From Kiritimatiellia bacterium (GTDB lineage Bacteria; Verrucomicrobiota; Kiritimatiellia; JAAZAB01): DNA of 64,000 bases. Each line of letters starts with the position of its first letter. The first letter of the stretch is position 1. Position numbers and translations under genes: made by a program. Positions 38,212 to 47,299 of the stretch are shown here, one piece after another. The stretch is taken from assembly GCA_028718125.1 (NCBI GenBank), contig JAQUMN010000006.1:51806-115805 (forward strand), given 5' to 3'. Under the pieces are notes generated by a model, which did not search any database, was not told where the DNA came from, and saw nothing but the letters and a program-made list of their open reading frames with translations.

Positions 38212-39061
38212 AGCCGTTATTCCCGCAGCCGGTTTCGGCACCCGCTTTCTGCCGGCGGCCAAGTCGCAGCCGAAAGAAATGTTGCCCATTGTTGATACGC
38301 CCGTCATCCAATACGTGGTGGAGGAGGCCGTGGCGGCCGGCATTACCGACATTCTCATGATCATCGGCAAGGGCAAGCGCGCGATAGAGGAGCATTTCGA
38401 CCGCAACTTCGAATTGGAAGCGGAACTCGAAGCCAACGGTAAAAACTCCGAGCGCGAAATCTTGCGGCACATTTCCGATATGGCCGACGTGCATTTTGTT
38501 TGGCAGAAACAATTAAAGGGACTTGGCGATGCCGTGGCCTGTGCCCGCTGCCACGTCGGCGACGAGCCGTTTGCGCTTTTACTGGGCGATACAATTGTGG
38601 AATCGTCGTCCTCGGTTACCAGCCAGTTGATGGAGGTGTTCGGCCGGTATCAGGAATCCGTGGTGGCCCTTGAGGAAGTGGAACACGCCAAAGTCAGCCG
38701 GTATGGAATTATGGCCGGCAACGCGACCTCGAAGAATTTATATCTTATCTCGGACTTTGTCGAAAAACCCGATGTCAACGAGGCGCCATCCAACCTGGCG
38801 ATTGCCGGCCGCTATATCCTCACCCCGGACATTTTCGACTGCATTGACCGCCTGACGCCCGGCAAGAACAATGAGATTCAATTGACCGATGCCCTGCGCC
38901 TGATGGTGAAGACCCGCGCCGTGTATGGCCTCCGGTTCGACGGGAGGCGCTACGACATCGGAAACAAGCTGGACTTTATCAAGACCAACATTATCTTCGG
39001 CCTGAAGCGCGCCGACATGCGCGCGGACCTGCTGGCTTTCCTGCGCGAAAATGCAAAATGA
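38201..39061 (+). CDS. galU: UTP-glucose-1-phosphate uridylyltransferase
   Basis: ORF 38024.. trimmed to the ATG at 38201 (GGGAGG SD). [33 protein letters not shown] and LLGD. It overlaps the kinase gene by 11 nt. Confidence 0.9.
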   Translation: MIRKAVIPAAGFGTRFLPAAKSQPKEMLPIVDTPVIQYVVEEAVAAGITDILMIIGKGKRAIEEHFDRNFELEAELEANGKNSEREILRHISDMADVHFVWQKQLKGLGDAVACARCHVGDEPFALLLGDTIVESSSSVTSQLMEVFGRYQESVVALEEVEHAKVSRYGIMAGNATSKNLYLISDFVEKPDVNEAPSNLAIAGRYILTPDIFDCIDRLTPGKNNEIQLTDALRLMVKTRAVYGLRFDGRRYDIGNKLDFIKTNIIFGLKRADMRADLLAFLRENAK

Positions 39062-40932
39062 AGCGCCAAGAATACAAAATTATTTTTGAGCCTACCGGAC
39101 GACAAGTGTTTGTCCTGCCGGGTACCATCCTGCTGGAGGCGGCCGCCCAGGCTGGCCTGATCATCCAGACCCCCTGCGGCGGCGCAGGCCGTTGTGGAAA
39201 ATGCCGTCTGAAAGTCATCAGTGGTGCGTGCCCGCCATCCGCCAACTGCCGGACGGCCCTGAGCGAGCCGGATTTGGCCCAGGGGTATCGCCTGGCTTGC
39301 CATGCGAAAATCCAGGGCAATCTCGTCGTGGAGGTGCCGGCCACCTCGCTCTTCGAGTCGCAACAGCAGATCCTGGTTCAGGCCACGGGTGAGCCGATGG
39401 AACTGAGCCCAGCCATCAGCAAGCGCTTTGTGGAGCTTGAACTTCCCAGTCAGGCGGACTCCCGTTCGGATGTCGAGCGTCTGCGCACGGTCATTCCGCC
39501 ACTTGTTTTCAATCCGGTCGGCATTCGCATGCTGCGTCTTCTGCCCGGGATCTTTCGCCGTCAGGGCTTCCGCGGCACGGCGGTAATCGTGGACGGCGAA
39601 CTGGTTGATGTCGAGCCGGGTAACACCACCAGCCTATGTTATGGTGTCGCCGTGGATATCGGCACAACGACACTCGTGGGTACGCTTGTCAACCTGAAGA
39701 CCGGGCTGGACATGGGCGTGGAAGCAAAAATCAATCCCCAGACGTCTTACGGTGACGATGTTATTTCCCGCATCCGCAAGTGCCGGGAAGAGGCCAACGG
39801 CCTTGCCCAACTCCAGCGCATGATTATCGGCGCCGTTAATGACATTGTGGACGCGCTGGTGCGTGCCGCCGGCATTGACCGGGTGCATATATATGAGATT
39901 GTCATGGCCGGTAATACCACAATGCAGCAGATTGTATGCGGGATTGATCCCTCGGCCCTGGGCGAATTGCCGTTTGTGCCGGTTTTTACCGATGCGCCTG
40001 ACTTGGAGTCCTCGGATCTGGGGCTGGACATCAATCCATGCGGCAAGGTCTACGTCTTTCCGCAGATCGGCGGGTTTGTGGGCGGAGATACCGTGGCCGG
40101 AATTGTGGCCAGCCATCTGGACCGCGGAACCGAAACCGTGCTGTTTGTGGATATCGGCACCAACGGTGAAATTGTGCTGGCGCACAAGGGGCAGATGATG
40201 GCCACTTCCGTGGCGGCTGGGCCGGCTTTTGAAGGCGCGCGCATTTCCTGCGGGATGCGCGCCACAAACGGCGCCATTGAAAAAGTGGTTATGGATGGCG
40301 ACCTTCGTATGAACGTCATCGGCAACACGCGCCCGGCGGGCCTGTGCGGCTCCGGCCTGGTTGACACCGTGGCCGAACTCCTGCGGACTGGTCTGCTGGA
40401 TCCCACCGGTCGCCTGCGGACGCCGGATGAAATTCCTTCTGATGCGCCGCCGGCTCTGCGCAAGCGCCTGATCGAGAAGGATGGGCATGTGGATTTTATG
40501 TTGGCCGGCAAGACGGAAACGGGTTCCGGCAAATCCCTGCTCCTGACCCAGCGGGATGTGCGCGAACTGCAGTTGGCGAGCGCCGCGATCCGCGCGGGCA
40601 TTTCCATTCTCCTGGAGATGGCGGGGCTGCAGCCCATGGACTTGAGCCGGATTCTGCTGGCGGGCGGTTTTGGCAATTTTATCCGGCGTAATCATGCCCG
40701 GCGCATAGGCCTCCTTCCGCCCATCCCATGCGAGCGCATCCGATTCATCGGTAACGCCTCTTCTATGGGCGCTAAGCGGGCGCTTCTATCTGTAGCCGAA
40801 AAGCAGTCCGCTTCCGTCATTGCCCGCTCAGTGCGCCATGTGGATTTATCGCTTTCCCCCGAGTTTCAGACAGAATTCAGTGCGGCTATGTTATTTCCCG
40901 AAGATGATCCGGGCAAGGATTGCGAGGGCTGA
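39058..40932 (+). CDS. 2Fe-2S ferredoxin-domain + ASKHA ATPase protein (RACo-like corrinoid reductive activase family, DUF4445)
   Basis: N-terminal plant-type ferredoxin Cys pattern (TPCGGAGRCGKCRLKV...RLAC). ASKHA phosphate motifs (GVAVDIGTTT, FVDIGTNGE, LAGGFGN). The start overlaps the galU stop (ATGA). Confidence 0.7.
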   Translation: MKRQEYKIIFEPTGRQVFVLPGTILLEAAAQAGLIIQTPCGGAGRCGKCRLKVISGACPPSANCRTALSEPDLAQGYRLACHAKIQGNLVVEVPATSLFESQQQILVQATGEPMELSPAISKRFVELELPSQADSRSDVERLRTVIPPLVFNPVGIRMLRLLPGIFRRQGFRGTAVIVDGELVDVEPGNTTSLCYGVAVDIGTTTLVGTLVNLKTGLDMGVEAKINPQTSYGDDVISRIRKCREEANGLAQLQRMIIGAVNDIVDALVRAAGIDRVHIYEIVMAGNTTMQQIVCGIDPSALGELPFVPVFTDAPDLESSDLGLDINPCGKVYVFPQIGGFVGGDTVAGIVASHLDRGTETVLFVDIGTNGEIVLAHKGQMMATSVAAGPAFEGARISCGMRATNGAIEKVVMDGDLRMNVIGNTRPAGLCGSGLVDTVAELLRTGLLDPTGRLRTPDEIPSDAPPALRKRLIEKDGHVDFMLAGKTETGSGKSLLLTQRDVRELQLASAAIRAGISILLEMAGLQPMDLSRILLAGGFGNFIRRNHARRIGLLPPIPCERIRFIGNASSMGAKRALLSVAEKQSASVIARSVRHVDLSLSPEFQTEFSAAMLFPEDDPGKDCEG

Positions 40933-41063
40933 TGCAGAAGCGTATCAGAAGTCAGCGGTCAGATGTCAGCAAGCGGAATGAGGAAGCGCCGCAGCGGTCC
41001 AGTCAATCATGTCGATTTTATGATCTCTAATCTCTGACCTCTCCTTCAAAAGGAATCATTATT

Positions 41064-43025
41064 ATGGCCATCGTGCGCATCCTGATCGTGGAAGACGAAA
41101 ACATCGTGGCCAAGGATATCCAGAATAGTTTGATCGGACTGGGGTATGCCGTTGCGGGAGTCATATCCTCCGGCGAGGAAGCAGTGGAACGGGTCGGCGC
41201 GCTAAAGCCCGATCTGATCCTCATGGACGTTATGCTCAGGGGCGCCATGGACGGCATCGAAGCGGCCGAGCGTATCCGGCGGGAGCACGCCGTGCCCGTC
41301 ATCTATCTCACCGCCTATACGGATGACGACACCCTGCGGCGCGCCAAGTTAACCGAGGCGTTTGGGTACCTGCTGAAACCCTTTGAAGACCGCGAACTGC
41401 GCACGACGATCGAAATGGCGCTCTATAAGCACACCATGGAGCGCAAACTGCGCGAAAGCCGGGAATGGCTGGAAACCACGCTGCGCTGCATCAGCGACGC
41501 CGTCATTGCCACCAATGACGCCGGGTGCATCCAATTAATGAACACAAAAGCCGAAACCATTACCGGATGGAAGGCGGTTGACGCCAGCAGCCGTAAACTG
41601 ACCGATGTATTTTGTCTGATGAAGAACAGCGCGCCGGCCCTTGTTGAAGGGGATTTGACCGCAATCCTGACAAAAGTCGCCACCGTGCACCCGGATTCGG
41701 AGGACATCCTGATTTCCAGGGATGGCCGGCAGACGCCCATCGCTCTCAGCGTTGCGCCGATTCGCGACGACCATGGCACCATTCTCGGTGTGGTGGCTAT
41801 TTTTCGGGACATTACCGAACAGAAGAATGCCCAGGTCCGCGAACGCCAGCTTCAGGATCGTCTGTTCCGTTCCCAGCGCATGGAATCGCTGGGGAGTCTG
41901 GCAGGGGGTGTCGCGCACAATTTGAATAACATCCTGGGACCGATGGTCAATTATCCCGATCTGATCATAAAGAATCTGCCTCCCGACAGTTCCCTGCGTC
42001 AGGACCTGGAAATCATCAAGAATTCCGCGCGCAAGGCGGTGGATATCATCCGCGACCTGCTCACCCTGGGCCGGATCGGGCATTTCCCCATGGAGCCCCT
42101 CGTCCTGAACCGGATTCTCGAGATGGTTATGCGGTCGCCTGCTTATCTCGGGTTACAACATGGCGCCCCGCTGGTGATGGTGGAACTGAAATTAGCCTCC
42201 AACCTGCCGTCAATTCAGGGGTCCGAGGGCCTTTTGCAGGAAATGGTTGTCAACCTGCTGATCCATGCATTCGACGCCATGCCGCAGGGCGGCCGACTTA
42301 CTTTGACAACTTTGGTGGAACAGGTGCTGAAGCCGGTGGCAGGCTACGAACTAATCAGCCCGGACACCTATGTGGTCATGCATGTTCTTAACACGGGTCC
42401 ATGGATTGAGGAGCAGGAATTAAACCGGATGTTCGAGCCGTTTTATGCCCGCGACAAAGTCCGGTCGCAGCAGCGCAGCGGCCTGGAGCTTGCTATCGTG
42501 TATGCGGTTGTCAAGGAACACAAGGGATTCATTGACGTGCGCTCGTCCCACGGCAAGGGATCAGACTTCAGCGTTTACATCCCCGTTTCAGACGCCCTGC
42601 CGGAAGTCCGTGAGCAGCCGGATCATCTCGATTTCCGCGGCAACGAAATGGTCCTGGTCGTGGACGACGATGAAGAACAACGTCGCATTATTGCCCGTTG
42701 GTTGCGCACGAATGGCTATAAGGTCCTGACTGCCCACAATGGCCGGTCCGCCATCGAGCTGATCGATTCCGCGGCCCGCGCGCAGAGCCCGCGCATCGAT
42801 CTGGTTCTGCTGGACATGATCATGGGCGATGACCTCGACGGGCTGGACACCTATAAGAAAATTCTGGAATTAAATCCGCGCCAAAAAGCGATCGTATCCA
42901 GCGGATTCACTAAGACTGACCGGATCAAGGAGGCGCTGAAACTGGGGGTGGGGCAATATGTTCAGAAGCCTTACGATTTCGAAGACTTGGGTCGTGCCGT
43001 CCGCCGCGAGCTGGACAAGCCATGA
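41064..43025 (+). CDS. Hybrid sensor histidine kinase with N- and C-terminal receiver domains (REC-PAS-HisKA-HATPase-REC)
   Basis: REC1 ILIVEDE...DLILMDVML. PAS (ISDAVIATN..G.I...N..AE.ITGW). H-box GGVAHNLNNIL. G-boxes. REC2 VLVVDDD...DLVLLDMIM. Confidence 0.85.
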   Translation: MAIVRILIVEDENIVAKDIQNSLIGLGYAVAGVISSGEEAVERVGALKPDLILMDVMLRGAMDGIEAAERIRREHAVPVIYLTAYTDDDTLRRAKLTEAFGYLLKPFEDRELRTTIEMALYKHTMERKLRESREWLETTLRCISDAVIATNDAGCIQLMNTKAETITGWKAVDASSRKLTDVFCLMKNSAPALVEGDLTAILTKVATVHPDSEDILISRDGRQTPIALSVAPIRDDHGTILGVVAIFRDITEQKNAQVRERQLQDRLFRSQRMESLGSLAGGVAHNLNNILGPMVNYPDLIIKNLPPDSSLRQDLEIIKNSARKAVDIIRDLLTLGRIGHFPMEPLVLNRILEMVMRSPAYLGLQHGAPLVMVELKLASNLPSIQGSEGLLQEMVVNLLIHAFDAMPQGGRLTLTTLVEQVLKPVAGYELISPDTYVVMHVLNTGPWIEEQELNRMFEPFYARDKVRSQQRSGLELAIVYAVVKEHKGFIDVRSSHGKGSDFSVYIPVSDALPEVREQPDHLDFRGNEMVLVVDDDEEQRRIIARWLRTNGYKVLTAHNGRSAIELIDSAARAQSPRIDLVLLDMIMGDDLDGLDTYKKILELNPRQKAIVSSGFTKTDRIKEALKLGVGQYVQKPYDFEDLGRAVRRELDKP

Positions 43026-43070
43026 ATAAGAATGGTTAATGGAAAATGATTAATGGTAAATAAACCGGCG

Positions 43071-43550
43071 TCAAGCATTCTTCCTCGCCCATCCGCCCTT
43101 AACGATTTGTGCGCTATCCGTGGGATGCTCCGCTGTCACGGTAATGGCGATCCCCCCGCGTGGATTAAACCGGCCCGTTACGCGCAGGCGCCGCGGCCGG
43201 CATGCAGTTACAAGGTCATCCAGGATGCGATTGACCGCCGACTCGTGAAAGGTCCCGTGATTGCGGAAGGAAAAAAGATAAAGCTTCAGCGACTTGCTTT
43301 CCAGGCATACGCGGTCAGGAATGTAATCAATCATGATGGCGCCGAAATCGGGCTGGCCGGTGACCGGGCAGATTGCGGTGAATTCCGGGCACTCGAAATG
43401 AATCCAGTAATCCCGCCGGGGATAGGCGTTCGGGAACGTTTCCAGGCGGGCTTTGGCAGGCGAGCGGGGAATCGGAGATCCGGGACGATGCAGGAGTGTC
43501 AACCCGGGATACGGCCCCTTGCCGGGCCGTGGAGTAGGAGGTGTTTTCAT
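43071..43550 (-). CDS. queF: NADPH-dependent 7-cyano-7-deazaguanine reductase (type I QueF)
   Basis: [15 protein letters not shown] (catalytic Cys) and the QueF motif [14 protein letters not shown]. Confidence 0.9.
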   Translation of the reverse strand: MKTPPTPRPGKGPYPGLTLLHRPGSPIPRSPAKARLETFPNAYPRRDYWIHFECPEFTAICPVTGQPDFGAIMIDYIPDRVCLESKSLKLYLFSFRNHGTFHESAVNRILDDLVTACRPRRLRVTGRFNPRGGIAITVTAEHPTDSAQIVKGGWARKNA

Positions 43551-43642
43551 AAGGTGTCATAGTATGGTATGACGTCTTGATATTCAACACCAATCCATCT
43601 CTGAAATTATGCAGTTATCGCAAAAAATAGGTGAAAATATTA

Positions 43643-43677
43643 TTGACAGTAGAAGATGGTTTGATATTCTTAATATC
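43643..43677 (+). promoter_or_regulatory. Candidate promoter (TTGACA-16 nt-TATTCT) overlapped by the palindrome GATATTcttAATATC
   Basis: TTGACA at 43643-43648, TATTCT at 43665-43670 and the palindrome at 43663-43677. It lies within a 230-bp AT-rich region upstream of the giant-protein genes. Confidence 0.3.
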
Positions 43678-43783
43678 AAAAGACAGTTTAATCTAATTGT
43701 CTAGTCTATGAATTATGTTTTGCTATCCATTGGCAGAAAATATCAGGACTAAACGAACTGCCCTAACAAGGGGCCAATTGATC

Positions 43784-46700
43784 ATGCGCAAACCATCCTG
43801 GATGTTACTGATCATGATGACGGTTGCCGTGCTTGGCGACGCGGTTGCCGGAGATGGGCCCAACACCAGTCTTCCTTTCGACGACAACTTCGAAAACTAC
43901 ACCAACGGCACGCCCCTGATCAACGGCACGAACGGGTGGTACGGGGATTACGAAGCTATCATTGTGCAGACCAATACGGTGTACGCGGGAACAAATGCCG
44001 CCATGATTCCGCAGGACTGCATGCTCTCCAACCGATTCGCCAGCATTCCCCGTACCAACGTCTGGATTGATATGTGGGTGCAACCGGTACCGTATGACCT
44101 TACAAATTATCCGGCGGTGGACACAAATGCGGCCGTGATGTTTTACATCGACAGCAACGGATATTTCGTAGTGCACGATGGCCCGACAGACAACCCCGAC
44201 AACTCAACGAACTGGGTGGTGGCGACGACCAACGTCAAAATTGACGTTGAAACGCCGACTTGGATGATGGTCAGCATTTACGAAGATTTTAAGCACACTA
44301 ACTGGAATTTGTATTTGAACGGTGAAATAGTCACGAATGCCATCGGATTCGTCTGCGCGAACCCGACAAATTTTTCCGGGTTTGATTTGTATAACGGGAG
44401 CCAGACGACCTATCTGGACAATGTTCACGTGAAGGGCATGGATCCGAGCCATCCTACGCTCGTCGTGATCCCGCCCGCGTTGTCGGTCAATGCGTTTGTC
44501 GGCAATACGCCATCCACGCAGACAGCACAGGTGAAAAACGTGTGGGCGGATGATATCGGGTTTCAGGTGGCGACAGATCAGTCCTGGCTGACGACATTGC
44601 CGGTGAATGGAATCGTTACGAATGGAACTACGCAAAATGTGGATGTGATTTATGCTAACACGTTTGGTTGGTTGCCGGGCGCTTCAAATGCGGTGGTGAC
44701 AGTGGTGGCCACAAACGAGATTGGTGATCAGTGGAGCACCCAGACGGTGGCGGTGGTCCTGAATATCATGGACCTGCAGGTGACGCCGGAGATTACCGAT
44801 ACGGTGACGGTCGGCTCGACGCCGGCCCCCCAGACTGTTGACGTTGTTAATGCGGGGGCGGGCTCGTTTACCTATACGGCGACGGTTACGAATACCTGCG
44901 CATGGCTGGGCCTGTCAGACGCAGGCGGGACAGTGGGCGCGTTCAGCACAAACAAACTGACGGTGACATTTGCCGATACGACCTGGTGGACGGCGGGCGC
45001 GAGCAACGCCTCAATAACGATTGCCTCCAGCGAGGGCGGCGGGGCGACGCAGACGGTACAGGTGATATTGAACCTTAACATGGTGTTGCAGAAAGCGCCC
45101 GCCGAATTGACGAGTGCGGTAATCCAGGGGGAGACGGCAGTCACGAATTTCCAGTTGTGGACGGCGGATCCGGGAATTGCAAATTATACCCTTACCAATA
45201 ACCAGAGCTGGCTGGTGTTGAGCCAGTCGGGTGGCTCCCTGACGGGACAGACGGATGGGGCGACGAATACGATCACGGTTACCTACCCGAATACGGCGGG
45301 AATGATAGTCGGGGAGCATTACGACACGATCACGATAAGCGCGCCGGGATGCACGAGTTTGACCATGGCCGTAACTCTCACCGTGCAACCGCCGCCGATG
45401 CTGAACGTCAGCCCGGTTTTTATCACGAACGTGGTGATGGAAGGCCAGAACATTGCGGACCAGCCATTACTGGTCTGGAACGGTAGCCCAGATTATGGGA
45501 TTTGGTGCCGGGCGGCGACGAACGTGGGGTGGCTGGCCGTGCTGGCGACCAACAACTATTTGGCGCCGATGGACAAGACGAGTTGGACAGTCAAGTATGC
45601 GGTTAGTTCGTTAATGGCGGCAGGGGATGTGCCGTCAAACTATTTCGGGGAGATTATCGTGTCCGCGACAAACGCCAACGGTACGGTGGCCAGCGGCTCG
45701 CCGGTCACCATTCCGGTCAATGTGCAAGTGAACCCCAGGCCGCGCATGGCCTTAAGTTTGACCAATTTATCCCAGACAGTCTTGCAAGGCCAGGATGCAG
45801 CGAGCCAGGAGTTCTATGTTTGGAATGAGAATGGATATTACACTCTGAACTATACGGTAACCAAGGATGTGTCATGGCTTGTGCTGACGTCGGCCGGCGG
45901 GAGCAGTACCGGGCAACATAATCGCGTCGGGGTGCAATACAGCACGGCAAACCTGCTGCCGGGAATCAGCTATGGGGTGATCAATGTCGTGGATACCGGG
46001 CGCAACGTGACCAACCGGGTAAGAGTGGCACTGACAGTAACCCCCTTTGCGACGCTTGCGACCGACGCGCAGTCGGTGAGTCGCGTGATACGCAAGGGGT
46101 TCACGCCGTCACCCACGGTTTTTAGTGTATGGAACGGCGGTAGCCCTACTGGCAGCATGTATTTCACGGTGAGTTCGTCGGAAAGCTGGCTGCGTGCGAC
46201 ACCGGCAAGTCATACGCTGCTTGGCGGGGCTAGACAAACGGTGACGCTGACCTATGCAAATACCGCGGAAATGTCGCCAGGGATTTATAACAGCACGGTG
46301 CGGATTGATGCTACCGATGCAAGGTCGGGCCAACCTGCCTACGGATCACCGATTGATATTTCGATCATACTTAACATTAGCGATTTTAAGGGCTTTAATT
46401 TCGGGGGAAGCGATTCAGGGGCATCGGACCTGGCAGTGTATCGCGAAGAAAACGGGGCTTGGGCGATCGGGAATTTACTGAGCGGATATGCGACTAACAT
46501 TTTCTTCGGGGGCATTGGATACCAGGCAATGCCGGGGGATTACTTCGGCGATGGAATTACGGACCTGGCGGTCTATCGCCCTGGCAACGGACGTTGGTAT
46601 GTGTGGCAGATGAACGGAGGAAACGTTGTGCCCGTCGGCTTATACGGCATTGATTGGCCGCAATGGGCCGGAACGGGGTATATAGGCGTGCCGGCCGATT

Positions 46701-47281
46701 ATGACGGCGACGGCTTGATCGATCCGGGTGTGTATGTGGAACAGAGCGGATTGTGGTCGGTGCTGTTGAGCGGGTCCGGCTATCAAGAGATAGCCGGGGG
46801 ATTCGGAGGCTTGGGATATGCAGCTTTACCGGCGGGGGATTACGATGGCGATGGGAAAACAGATTTTGGCGTGTATTATCGCTCGACGGGATTATGGCGC
46901 TTAATGTTCTCAGGCTCGGACTATGCGGAAGTGGCCGGGGGATTAGGGGGCACTGGATTTGAGGCAGTGCCGGCTGATTATAACGGCGACGGTTATACGG
47001 ATCCGGCGGTATATGAAACCAGCACGGGCTTATGGGTCATGTTACTGTCCAACCCTGACTCGTCACCGTGGTGGCGTCCCTTTTATGCCCGATTCGGCGG
47101 GGGAACGGAGGGGATATTGGTACCGGCTCCGGGGAATTATGATGGGGCAGGGGGCGACGACCTTGCTTTGTATTATACGGTCACGGGAACTTGGTTCATC
47201 CAAACGATAAATAATGTGTGGATTACCGATCCCAGCGGATATTTTCTGGGAGGCTACGGGTATCTGCCGCTTACGCCTTAG
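43784..47281 (+). CDS. Giant secreted protein 1: signal peptide, LamG-like head, about 7 Ig/BACON-like repeats, C-terminal FG-GAP/VCBS-type propeller
   Basis: ORF trimmed to the ATG at 43784 (MRKPSWMLLIMMTVAVLGDAVAG). Head module at 43871-44437. About 100-aa repeats with an SWL core. Six to seven repeats of (G)DYDGDG..D.AVY...(T/S)G.W. Confidence 0.7.
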   Translation: MRKPSWMLLIMMTVAVLGDAVAGDGPNTSLPFDDNFENYTNGTPLINGTNGWYGDYEAIIVQTNTVYAGTNAAMIPQDCMLSNRFASIPRTNVWIDMWVQPVPYDLTNYPAVDTNAAVMFYIDSNGYFVVHDGPTDNPDNSTNWVVATTNVKIDVETPTWMMVSIYEDFKHTNWNLYLNGEIVTNAIGFVCANPTNFSGFDLYNGSQTTYLDNVHVKGMDPSHPTLVVIPPALSVNAFVGNTPSTQTAQVKNVWADDIGFQVATDQSWLTTLPVNGIVTNGTTQNVDVIYANTFGWLPGASNAVVTVVATNEIGDQWSTQTVAVVLNIMDLQVTPEITDTVTVGSTPAPQTVDVVNAGAGSFTYTATVTNTCAWLGLSDAGGTVGAFSTNKLTVTFADTTWWTAGASNASITIASSEGGGATQTVQVILNLNMVLQKAPAELTSAVIQGETAVTNFQLWTADPGIANYTLTNNQSWLVLSQSGGSLTGQTDGATNTITVTYPNTAGMIVGEHYDTITISAPGCTSLTMAVTLTVQPPPMLNVSPVFITNVVMEGQNIADQPLLVWNGSPDYGIWCRAATNVGWLAVLATNNYLAPMDKTSWTVKYAVSSLMAAGDVPSNYFGEIIVSATNANGTVASGSPVTIPVNVQVNPRPRMALSLTNLSQTVLQGQDAASQEFYVWNENGYYTLNYTVTKDVSWLVLTSAGGSSTGQHNRVGVQYSTANLLPGISYGVINVVDTGRNVTNRVRVALTVTPFATLATDAQSVSRVIRKGFTPSPTVFSVWNGGSPTGSMYFTVSSSESWLRATPASHTLLGGARQTVTLTYANTAEMSPGIYNSTVRIDATDARSGQPAYGSPIDISIILNISDFKGFNFGGSDSGASDLAVYREENGAWAIGNLLSGYATNIFFGGIGYQAMPGDYFGDGITDLAVYRPGNGRWYVWQMNGGNVVPVGLYGIDWPQWAGTGYIGVPADYDGDGLIDPGVYVEQSGLWSVLLSGSGYQEIAGGFGGLGYAALPAGDYDGDGKTDFGVYYRSTGLWRLMFSGSDYAEVAGGLGGTGFEAVPADYNGDGYTDPAVYETSTGLWVMLLSNPDSSPWWRPFYARFGGGTEGILVPAPGNYDGAGGDDLALYYTVTGTWFIQTINNVWITDPSGYFLGGYGYLPLTP

Positions 47282-47299
47282 TATAGATGGAATTTGATC

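Noticed and set aside
39634-40695. 353-aa ORF antisense to the RACo-like gene
   Set aside because: Shadow ORF. The ASKHA and ferredoxin motifs are on the + strand.
43551-43714. preQ1 riboswitch near queF or tgt (also checked at 30571-31074 and 32200-32437)
   Set aside because: I looked for the short preQ1-I/II hairpin with an A-rich tail and found no convincing match. These genes are also not typical preQ1-riboswitch targets.
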